In this document: piece after piece, positions 26,394 through 37,921 of the stretch
Numbering within the stretch: the stretch's first letter is position 1
How the letters are laid out: every line of letters begins with the position of its first letter
Assembly: GCF_001194135.2 (NCBI RefSeq)
Contig: NC_068981.1
Location: 178,132,864 to 178,196,863 of the forward strand
Source of the DNA: Octopus bimaculoides
Lineage: Eukaryota
Direction of reading: 5' to 3'
DNA length: 64,000 bases
Notes under the pieces: generated by a model
The model's input: the letters and a program-made list of their open reading frames with translations, nothing else
Database searches by the model: none
What the model was told of the DNA's origin: nothing
Translations under genes and position numbers: made by a program

Positions 26394-27285
26394 CACGGTG
26401 CAGTGAATATATTGTCATCTAAATTACGCAAAAATGAAAGTAACACTGACATCTCATTTTAACAGATATATTTACCAAAATTACACAACAAAATATTGAA
26501 ATTCTAAAGAGTAAAGTTATTCAATAAAATTGCCATTCACTTCAATCATGGCCTCCACACAACTTTGGAATCTCCTGCAACTCTTCTAGATGGTCTCCTT
26601 GTTTAAAAGTTGGTGAATGCTGCCATTATCCTTGCCTTTAGTTCGTTTTTTGTTACAAGGAGTTTTGTTGGTCTCTTGCTCAACTGTACCCCACACATAA
26701 TAAATCAAGGGGGCGGCAGTCTGGGGAGTCAGGAGGCCAGATGTTGGGGGGCATGTGGTCGCAGAAATTGTCTGACAGCCATGACTGGATTCTCCTGCTT
26801 GTGTGGCATGCTGCAGAGTCCTGTTGCCAGACATAGGGGTCTTCCAGCAGCTACCCACTTCAGCCAGGGTAGCACTACCTCCTCCAGACACTTGATGTAG
26901 GCCTCTGTGTTGAGTCTGAGGCTGTATGGGAGGATGAATGGAGGCATAATGTCGCCATCACTATTGATCACTCCAAACACCATGATGTTGACTGGATGTT
27001 TGATTTTTATCACTTTTGGTACATGTTTTGGGGACACAGCAAGCCAACAGTTGTTCTGTGTGTTCACCATCAGCTCGTATTGGGGGCTTCCAGCACGAAT
27101 GCCAAGCAGTACAGCATGTTGTTTCCAAATTTCTGTCAGAATGAATTGCGTCATGGTGCTGTTTTTCTCACAGATGATGCCCAACTGACCCTACTAAACT
27201 GTGTAGTCAACAAAATCAAAAACAAACAATATGTATGCGTGAAATTAAAAATATAAAATGGTGATAATTTACCCATTGCACCCTG
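26394..27285 (-). mobile_element. maT/DD37D-like (Tc1/mariner superfamily) transposon, internally deleted, both TIRs present
   Basis: TIRs cacggtgcagtgaatatattgtcatc and (reverse complement) cagggtgcaatgggtaaattatcacc. The transposase remnant reads KHPVNIMVFGVINSDG...EEVVLPWL and, after a frameshift, QDSAPCH...WPPDSPDCRPLDYYVWG. Confidence 0.88.
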
Positions 27286-29949
27286 TGTGTATTTCAAAAA
27301 TTTAAACAACAAACGGAATATTTTACAAAAACACAACAAAGAAAATTCTTAGCTAATTCCTCATCAGTCAATGTCCAAAATATCATTATAATTTTGCAAC
27401 TTTGACATTGACATTGTTCACTTATGGTGGCGCCAGTGGCAAAAAGCCACTGGGAGTAGCTAAGGAGCATACAGGACAATGACAAAAACAAACACAACAA
27501 AAGAAAATATACATATACAAACAAAAGAAGCCATGCAGCTGCAATCATCATCCTTGAAAATTTGTTTTCCATACTGGCATGAGTTGGATGGTCTGACCAG
27601 AACTGGCAAGCAGGGGAGCTGCACCAGGTTCCAGTCTGATATATATAAAACATGTGTGCAGGTACATATTTACAATATACATATAACATATACATGTATG
27701 TGTAAATATAAACACAAGGTGATTTAGAAGTATTTTGACGTTTAAATGATAAGATTGTTACTTAGTAATAATTCTGCTTTCATATGGACCAGCCGTTCTA
27801 AAATCGTTGAGCTATGCCAGTTGGTGAGGAGGGGGTGGCTTAATAAATGTGGTGGAGAAGTAGGATAAAGGTTTGGTGAGATGGTCAGAGAGAGAGAGGA
27901 GAAGCACAACTAACCTCTGTTATTAGGTGGTTTATATCAATGTTAAAGGATCTTTTGAAACACACACACACAATGTGTGTTTGTGTCTATGTATGACTAT
28001 ATTTTGAATATAAGCTTCATGGATTTAACAACATTTGAAATCTTACAATTTTCTTCAGAGTCTCTCTGAAATTCAAACACTTTCTTAGTTTTTGGATTAA
28101 TATTTTGAGATATATATATATATATATATATATAGAAAGAGAGAGTGTACATAATATATGTAACGTATGGATATATAAAGCATAAATTACAAACACTAGA
28201 ATATTTTTATGCACAAACAGTTTGTCTCGGAAATTCTAAAAGTTAATGCAGTTTCACAATTTGTAATGCCTACCATGCTGTGGAAAGTAAAAAGATGTGA
28301 ATACTTCTTGTTGCTTTGTTATTCTCTTTGCAAACAAGAAAGTAAGGATGTTGCTCTAACATGCTTTATGGCCACACCTCAGGACAAGTAACCTCACTTT
28401 ACAGCCTATGAAGGGAACCTCATAAGATTTGCTATGTAAATATGTTACAACCCTGTACTTAACTGAAATGGTTAGGCTAATTTGCATATGATGCATCAGC
28501 TGGCAGTAGAGCTAAATACTTTAATAGTTTTATGCACAATGTGCATTAGAAAATCTAAGATAAATTTCATGTAATTAGCCTAGTTTATAATGCCTACACT
28601 ATGAAAATGTTTAATGTGTACTATAAAAATAACCTTTTAATCACACTGCACTAAACATTTCTCAGCCACATATACAATTAATAAATCAACCAAGATTCCA
28701 TATTTGAAACTTTTATCTACCTACGTGTATTTTATATAGATTATAATTTTTTCTGGCCCTTTCTATTCGTATTCTATTTCTTTTTCCCCATCAATATACT
28801 CTATCTACCAAATAACTTTGCTCCATCTTCTCACATTTTTACTTCCGTTTATACAGCAAATGCCAGTTCTTTAGAATTTGTTAAGCAAAACTTTGTGATA
28901 CTTTGAAGTTTTTGAATAAATTTAACTCTACTTATTAAGTTATTTGTTCAGTTAATGTTACGTTGTTTTTAATGTAATTAAAAACCCCTTTTATTAATAA
29001 AGTAGCTACCTTTCTTTGACAGAGCACATTTTCAATATATTCTAAAACAAAAGATCAAAAGGTACAACAACAACAAATACCCTTTCTGATGAAAAACAGC
29101 CTGGTACATTCACAAAAAAGTTTATCTTAAATGTTTGTTTACTCCAGAAAACTGAAAGTTTCATCAAAAGGATTAAGCAGAGAATCTACTTCTTTAAAAA
29201 AAAATCATTTGAAAACAAATATGGCCTCAAAATAATAAAATGCCATCCACTTAATATTCTACTAGAACCATTTCAGAACCATCTTTTTCTTATGATCAAG
29301 AACATTAAATTCAGAAGAAACATCAACCTTTCCCAAAATGAACTTCAGAATCAGATTAATAAGTTAAAACTAACAACAACATGTTTGTTAACTGCAACAA
29401 AACAAAAAAAAACTCAATGAACAAACCTACCATCATTTTCTGTCCAATTCCATTATAATATTATAAAAGAAAATAGTTTTAAAACTATGTTATTTTAAAT
29501 GCTGTTTCTACTAGTATTAAGAAATATTGTTACTGAATTATATTGATACAGAAGATAGAACTGATATATTTGTTACAATGGAACCTAATTTTACTTACAA
29601 AATATTATTTTAAAAATGTATTTGAATTCATTATCTCTAAAATTAAATACTAATTACAATTACTGTTTTTGTAACCATAATTACATTTCTATTATGTGAT
29701 GATTCACTCCATCCAAAATCAAAATTATTGCCAGTTCTTCCAGTATGGCATTAGTGATTACTAACTTATAACAATTGAACTGATTCTTGCAGCCATCCTC
29801 AACTTTTAAATATAAATATACATCTACTTGTAAATCCGTAACCATTCCTTACAAAATAATACAATTTTTCTACCTCTATTTTTTTTTCTTTTTTAAATTC
29901 TATTCTCATGTTACTTTTTTTTTTTATACATTTTCATTTGTGGTATGCC

Positions 29950-30000
<51 letters not shown>

Positions 30001-30446
30001 CGCGCGCGTGTGTGTGTGTGAGAGAGAGAGAGAGGTGGGAGCACATGCACACTCATGTGCAAAAGATTTACAGGATGTTTATGTGTTTACAGCTATATGC
30101 ATTTATGTATATGTGTAAATGTGCATTTATGTTTATATACCTATATATAAACTGAATGAGAAGTGAAAGGAAAGGAGAATACTGCAAACAGAAATGTGTG
30201 AAGGAAACAAACAGCTCACTGCAAGATTTGAGAACTTTACTGTTTACATCAACAAGTCTCTAAATTAACAAACAAAAAGAGAAAAACCTACTGATTCAAT
30301 GTTATCCATGATCAATCAAGATGCTTGAGGAAACCAAACAAGGCCAGATTTTGGACACTGGATGTCCTATTATATTGCATTTTCAATTACCATTTGCCAA
30401 CAGATGGGAAGTATCAATTGAGATGAAAATACACAAAATAGATTAC

Positions 30447-30469
30447 CTCTCTCCATAAATATCAACAGA
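30447..30469 (-). other. Candidate 23-nt microexon
   Basis: aaatgtttttctatag|TCTGTTGATATTTATGGAGAGAG|gtaatc. Confidence 0.3.
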
Positions 30470-31253
30470 CTATAGAAAAACATTTGATAACCAGATACTA
30501 TCTTTCCATGGAAAAGGAATAATGAATTTAGAAAGTACTAACTATGACTTTGTGACAGACTACCCAAAATTTACAGGAACTGCTATAGGCAAACACTCAC
30601 AGGTAAACTCAGCAGTAAGTTAAAAGCTTTGTTATTATATTGCATGATATAAGATTAACTCTAAGTTTACACTAAAACCAAAAACTGTGAGTTTAATGCT
30701 ACCAAGATCATAAATGTTCTTCCTTAGAATGATCTAGAGTCATTCAAGGGAGAGGGAAATTTAGCCTGTAAATAAGTAGCACATCCACAATGGTGCTATA
30801 GTTGAATGAGCTACAAAGTGAGTACTGTGCAAACATGAAATTTAAAACAGATTTGATATAACCAGTGAAACTCTTCTGAAAATTGTTGCAAAACTACTGA
30901 ATGGAAATTCATCTGGGAGAGCCCTGGTAGTTCAGATATTGATGTAAGCTCACATACAGTATATTATATTTATGCATATACATATATAATGGATGTTCAT
31001 CAGTTTCAATGATTAACATTCAATTGTTCATCCAAGTGGACAGCCTGCTCACTGAACAAGTGCACAAGCAGCTAATCATTCATTGACACATAGGACTTTA
31101 GCAAAATTCCCAGGCAGAACCAGCAAAACTCAATGTAACAAGGGTTTAAGTTTCCCCCTCTACACAATTTGACTCAAACACATGCTAAAAATGCCTTACA
31201 GTGATATTGAAGGTGGGGCTTTGGGATTGCGAAGGAGACTTCTTAACCATTTA

Positions 31254-31330
<77 letters not shown>

Positions 31331-31599
31331 ACGCGCGCATATATTTATGTATACATGCATGTCTGTGTATGTATATATCTTTCTTTATATTCATCTATCT
31401 ATCTAAACACACATAGAGACACACAGACAGACGCAAGCACACACGCATGTATACATGCATTTTATGTATAAAAGCTTTTGACTTTTTCTATCCAAAAGTG
31501 TTTTTTAACCTAATATTTACCTGTTATTACTTAAAGCTTTATCTACTTCATGTTCTACTGTTAAAAAAGAATCCATGTTCTCTTGCAGTTTCTAAACTC

Positions 31600-31830
31600 C
31601 TCCAAAAATTCCAGCCCACTATTTGGAAATTGTTTTAAATCTTGGGAAAGCAACAATCAAGAAACAATGCAATAATCAAAATAGTACACCACACACAGAT
31701 GTAGAAAATCTACATTACAAAAAGTAATATAAAGACAAAGCAGTAAGAATTTAACAGACTGTCAATGAATATCAAGATCATGAAATATTGGGTTATCTAA
31801 GAGGAACTGCTCGCAGTTTCTCTTTTTAGA
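31600..31830 (+). mobile_element. MULE (Mutator-like) transposase C-terminal remnant
   Basis: Interrupted reading FQPTIWKLF*ILGKQQSRNNAII...VNEYQDHEILGYLRGTARSF fits the HPxIWKF...Y..IL.YLRGIA end of animal MULE transposases (recognised from memory). Confidence 0.5.
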
Positions 31831-31932
31831 ATGTTTCCTTCCTACAATTTAAAATAGTGTTTATCTTTTTTACTGTATTTCCTAAATTTTATTTTCAAAA
31901 ATGATTTTGAATTATTTATTCACACGCGTACA

Positions 31933-31963
<31 letters not shown>

Positions 31964-32389
31964 TTATATGTATATGTTGATATATGTGTGTGTATATATA
32001 TACATATGTATATATGCATGTAATATGAAGTAAATTTAATATTAATAATTTTTTGTATTGGAATTCCTTTTTCATTGTTAATGAAATGTGACATATTTAC
32101 ATTCAGAATAAAAATTTTAAATGATGTATAATTATGTATTTTACTCAGTGGATAAAAATCATCATGACACAGTTATTAATGATATATTTGGTATAAAGAT
32201 GAATTTGCAGACAATATATTGACTCATGATGTGATGAAATTCAAATTTAATGAAATTACAGGTGATGTATTTAACATGATGTTTTTATCCATGATGAATT
32301 TACCTAACACTCTAAACATTTCAATGCATATATATCAATATAAGCAAAAACACAAGGAGTGTAACATTTAAAGAAATAGTGTACACAAT

Positions 32390-32757
32390 TGCATAAAGAA
32401 GTGCCAATCACTTAAAGTGGATGGAACTTGAGGAACAGGGGAGACCCAGAAAGAGTTGGGACAAAGTCTTGAAGGTTAATCTGAAGGCAAGTCTCACGAA
32501 AGAGATGACAAAGAACTGAGATATTTGTTGCCTTGCTGTATGCAAGGAGACCCATCTACCACAGCAGAATTGATACCAGTACTGATATTACATGAAAAGC
32601 ACTCATGCTGGTGTCACATGAAAAACACCCAGTACATTCTGTGGAGTGGTTCGTATTAGGAAGGGCATCCAGCCATAGAAATCATGCCAGAACAGACAAT
32701 GGAGCCTGGTGTGGCCCCTGGCTTTGCCAGCTCCAGTCAAACCGTCCAACCCATGCC
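32390..32757 (+). mobile_element. RTE LINE 3' end: RT C-terminus joined to the tail module
   Basis: KKCQSLKVDGT.G.GRPRKSWD...TKEMTKN is followed directly by gctggtgtcacatgaaaaacacccagtac...aaaccgtccaacccatgcc. Confidence 0.8.
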
Positions 32758-32846
32758 GCTATAGCTCACACTTAACTAAATGCAAAAAGACAACAAACAT
32801 GATGGAAAAATGAGCTATGACAACCCATGTTCAATTAAAGTAAATA

Positions 32847-33215
32847 AGGTGCAGACATGGCCATGCAGTTAAGAAATTTTGCAAACCACATGAACTCATG
32901 TTCAGTCCTACTGCATGGCATGTTTGGCAAGTGTTTTCTACTATAGCCCAGCATCCAACCAATCCTCTCTCTCTCTCTCTCTCTCTCTGTGTGCGCGCGC
33001 ACGTGCATGCATGCATCCATTTGCTCTATCATTGCTTGATAAGATGTTGGTTTATTTACACTCCCATAACTTAGTGGTTTGGCAAAAAGGTCCAATAGAA
33101 TAAGTACCAGACTGTAAAAAAAAAATAAACACTAGGGTTGATTTGTTTGACTAAGCCTTTCAAGGTGACAATCCAGCATGGCTGCAGTCCAATAACTTAA
33201 ACAAGCGAAAGATAA
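32847..33215 (+). mobile_element. Degenerate composite CORE-like SINE
   Basis: Head (ttggcaagtgttttctactatagccc), (TC)n/(TG)n spacer and 3' module (cataacttagtggtttggcaaaa...ccagcatggctgcagtc). Confidence 0.7.
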
Positions 33216-33939
33216 AAGACGAAGAAATGTTTGTTTTTATAAAAAGAACAGTCAAGAGATGGCATAATAAGCGTAATAAGATAAAATTCAATAGCTGCAT
33301 GGAGCCAGGTAAGTTAAATAGATGACCAGTATGTAGCAATATCATCAGTGAAGTCAGAATGACGACAACTCAAATTGTCTATTTGACCAAATTTTTGATG
33401 TTGTATCACCTTGTTATAAAATATCATAGCCTCATAGCAAAAGCTTCTGTGATGCTTAATAGGTAAGATGTAAATTTGAGTTGCAGCCAACTCCCAACCT
33501 CATTAATTATATCTCATAACAATTATTCATTAATATAGACATTATTAATAAATGTAAGTGAATAATTGTCATCACATATAACAGAGTGCACAATCAGAAG
33601 TAAAAAATACAAAAAAAAACAAGAGGTATATACTATTAATGGGATTTCAAGACACAACTCACATCTCAATGCAAATGTCAAAGGACAGAATGCACGCCAT
33701 TAGAAAAAGACAGCTCACACTTAACAAACTTGAGATATTCTAAAGATTTTACATCTTAAAAGATGAAAATTAATTTACAATAACCACTTAATGCAATCAT
33801 AAGTCTGTAGTCTACCCAAGTGCATGTGTGTGTGCGCGCGCGTGCATGTGTGAATGCGTGCATGGTATTTAGGCAGTGTGTTACATATCCCAGGGCCCCG
33901 TTAATTACAGGTATAAACCTAAACTTGTGATCTGTATAG

Positions 33940-34420
33940 AGTAACTACAGATTTCTCAACAGTTCAGTGTGGGTATTCTCTTTTTTACTGATCTTCAGCT
34001 TTATGTTAACATCCGCTGGGCAGCTAATTTCTACAATTGTGCACAGTGTCTCTTCTCTGTCCCAAATCATTATATCAGGTCTGTTTTGTTTACATTTTAT
34101 TGCAGTCTTCACTGAGACATTCCACCAGTACTCCTTTTTATTATGAGTGGCTATGGCTTCTACCATATTGTGGGTTCTTATTTCTGAGTATCCTAGCTAC
34201 ATCATGTTTCATCCGTAGATAATACTGTGATGACATTTTTGGACAACTGCTTCAGTGTGATCTCCAAGAGAAATGAATTTTGTAGCTATGGTTTCTTCTA
34301 TAACTACAGCTAAAAAGAATTTGTTTACCTGTTGAGCTGTTGTTTTCCTTCTGTTCCTCAGTTGCATTGTTGTTGATGTTGTGTCCAGCCTTGTTGTTTG
34401 TAGTAACTCTGTGCATGCTA
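33940..34420 (-). mobile_element. R4/Dong-type non-LTR retrotransposon fragment (restriction-like endonuclease domain)
   Basis: ORF 33945-34166 YWWNVSVKTAIKCKQNRPDIMIWDREETLCTIVEISCPADVNI carries the PD-(D/E)xK-type RPDI motif, preceded by a degenerate CCHC/RHD region (SSCPKMS...KHDVA). Confidence 0.8.
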
Positions 34421-34629
34421 AGTTTCAGTTAAAAATCACTACAATCGTAAATAAAAGGCTCCCTCAAGGGAATTCATCTGAAGATTAACCAGTTATTTAA
34501 CAAGGCTGATAGTTGTGGTTCCAAACTTGGAGATAGTAGTCAGTGTATTTTCAATAAATAGTCCCCCATGCCAAATATGCAACTTGTGACTTGTACATAT
34601 GTATATATATATATATATATGTATGTGTA

Positions 34630-34644
34630 TATATGTACCAGATG

Positions 34645-34685
<41 letters not shown>

Positions 34686-36960
34686 GGCACCAGCAGTAGT
34701 GAGACAAGGCTCCTCAAATAAAGGAGATACATGGCTACCTCTGTAGCAGAGCAGGAGAAGTAGGGTCTCAAAGATGTGAAGAGAGAGTAGGAGTGGTGAA
34801 CTCAGGTGGGGGGATAGAGAGTTGTTAGGGAGATGGGTAATGGGAAGAGATTTGTCATGAACAGGTTATATGCAGGGGCATGGACATAATGGCATGTCTT
34901 TATGGCCTTGATTTTACTTAGCTGGATGGGTTTTCTCAAGCACAGCAAATAGCCAATCATCTCAGTCCTTTGTCATCTCTGTGATGCTCAACATCTTAAG
35001 ATCATATTTTACTACTTTGTCCCCACATCTTTCTGGGTGTTCCTCTTCCACAGGTTCCCTCCACATTTAGAGATTAGCACTTTTTTTTAGGCAGCTGCCT
35101 CCATTTATATGCATCCCATGACCATACTAGCACAGCCTTCTCTTTTGCACACTGAACCTGATGCCTCTTATACACAATTTTTCTGTCAAAACATTTACAC
35201 TTTGTTATACATGCACACTGATATTGCACATCTAACAGAGCATGCTGACCCCATTTCTTTCAAGCTTTCATATGCCCTCTGTTATTACAGCCCACATTTC
35301 ACTACCATGAAGCATAGACATTTGTACACAAGCATTGTACAATCTGCCTTTCGCTCTGAGGGCGAGGCACTTTGTTATCAATAAAGGTAATAGCTCATTG
35401 AACTTAGCTCAGCTGGTTAGCAACTATGCTTTCAGAGCATCCTCCTCCACTGCTAATTTGATCACCTTGGTAATGGAAACTATTTACTACTTCTAAGGAT
35501 CCCACTGGATATTAGAGGAAATCTATTTTCTGTGAGAACTTAGTGTTTATTGTTCTTGCACATTTGCCATACACAAAGACTATTTTTCTGTTAACCTTCC
35601 TGTGATTCCATTGAACTTTTTGTGTCCATAATGAGTCCACCATATATAATTTCTACCGATACCCTTTCTATATATCAAGCAAGGCTATTTCTCTGAAGGG
35701 ATTAGTATTTTGTCTGCTTTCCTGCTTACTAGTACTTTGGTCTATTTTATTCCAGGCCTTACTTCCACACCTGAAATTTCTTCTCTAATTCTACTAAAGA
35801 TTCAGATATAAGAACAAGGTCATAAGCATAGAAAAACTCGTATGGACAGCTAGTTTTAAATTTCTCAGTTATAGCCTGGAGGACTATGATAAACAAGAGG
35901 GAGCTGACAACTGAGCCTTGGTGAACTTCTACCTGCACACTAAATTTGATGCTATACTCATTGCTGACTTTAACCTTACCAACAGCATCCTTGCACATGT
36001 CTTGGATGGCTCTCACCAGTCACTCCTCTCTCCCTAGTTTCCACAGCAAACATCAGATAAGGGAGAGAGAGGGACCTTGTCAAGGCAGTATACCACTTAG
36101 CCAAATATTCTGAGCATCTTGGCAGTAATTCCTGATGGGCCAGAGGTTTTCTCTGTCTTCATATCCTTAATTGACTTATCTATCATGTAGTTGTCAACTC
36201 AGATAGCTGATCCCATTGTTGGATCCATATTAGGAAGATTCTCCTTTTCCCATGCATTCACCACATTTAGCAGCCTTTCATAGTAACATTTCCATGCCTC
36301 TTTCTTTTCAAAGTCACCAAAGGCAAGTATACCATCATCCATTCAAACAAACTTCTCTCCTACATCATGATTTTCTCTGACATATTGTCTTGCAATCTAG
36401 AACACCTGATGCCTCTTGGACCTCATACCACAGAACATTAGTAAATGTCTTTCTGCTTTTTCTCCAGCTAAATATATCTGTCACCCAGATTCTCTTCTAG
36501 CTACCTGGTACAGTTCTCTGCTACCCCTACTCTTCCAGTCTATCCACTTCTCTGTTCTTATGGCACTGTCTATACTTCACTGTTCCACAACCATGTCACC
36601 CTAGGTCTGCTAGAATTTCATACCACCCACAAACTTTATCAGTGGATCTTAGTAGGTTATCCTGAAGGAACCTCCACTTGTCCTCTACATTATACATCTC
36701 TATTTCCTCATCATCAAATGCTTTAATTAGGAGTCCCTAAATCTGACTAAGCTTTCTTTTCCAAACTGCTTTACTTCTTGAAGTCCTTCTAGTCAAAAGT
36801 TTGAAGTTGCTAATGACTAACCTATGCTAAGGAGTACATTCTTCACCAGGGAAGGTCTTTGCATTTAAGAGCAACCATCTATCCCACTTTCTGGCAGCAA
36901 CATAGTCAATCTGGTGAGACATATTTATTCATATATAATTCCATGAAATGACAACCTGTG
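34630..36960 (-). mobile_element. RTE LINE, ~2.3 kb decayed copy (EN C-terminus, RT, 3' UTR)
   Basis: Fragments read QIDYVAARKWDRWLLLNAKTFPGEECTP, FSVQVEVHQGSVVSSLLFIIVLQAITEKFK...YAYDLVL (YADD-equivalent) and VEGTCGRGTPRKMW. Confidence 0.9.
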
Positions 36961-37503
36961 CAAAAAAAAAAAAATCCTCTTAAGCAATGTTCCCTCTAAG
37001 CTGTTTGCTTATGCACAAGTGTTTTGTAACCACTGCATAAAAGAAATTAATTTATGCATTGAAAGGTTAGCTTACTAAAATAATAATTAATAATTATACC
37101 TATCATATATTCAGTATGTATATACATTTGCTATAGGTAAAAAAAAATTGCTCAAATTATGATTTTTGTGACAATGACTACTAAAAATTAGAGAATATTG
37201 CTCTCTTGTATAATATACACAAAGTTTTCTTTAGTATGATGTTTAGGGGAAAAAAAGAAAGTATTTAGTCAGATTTATTATAATTGCTGTATAAAACAGT
37301 TTGGTAATATTGAGATATCCTAAATGAAACCAAAACACTTCAAGTGACCTTTGACCTTTACCAGTGTAGGCTATAAAAGTACACCTGCTGTAAAGTCAAC
37401 ATTATTATAGAAATCACTTTTTCTCTTTCTTTTTTTTTAAGTGCATACTATACTGAAAATACTGGATTATATATTATAGAATATATTATAACACACACAC
37501 ACA

Positions 37504-37542
<39 letters not shown>

Positions 37543-37864
37543 ACTCACACACACACCAGTATCATGAGTTTTAAAATTTGTAGAATAATAACATGTTTGC
37601 AATATGAATCTGATACAGCTGACTAAAAGTTAAATATTAGAGATTGAAATATCCTGCAGATAATCTGAATATACGAACTTGAGCCTAAAGCTTTGAACAT
37701 TTCAAATTAAGCAAGAAAAGAAGAAGAAAAACTATCATGAAAGTTTATTACAAAGTATTCAAAATGCATTTTTGAGGATAATGCAGTAAAGATGCTTTCT
37801 AAAAGAATTGTATTTCTTAAAACTTTAAAAGCACAAGCCAGAGGATTTTTAATCTAATAGTTTG

Positions 37865-37921
<57 letters not shown>

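Noticed and set aside
36985-37200. Possible hAT MITE starting caatgttccctctaagctg
   Set aside because: Right terminus too degenerate and no TSD.
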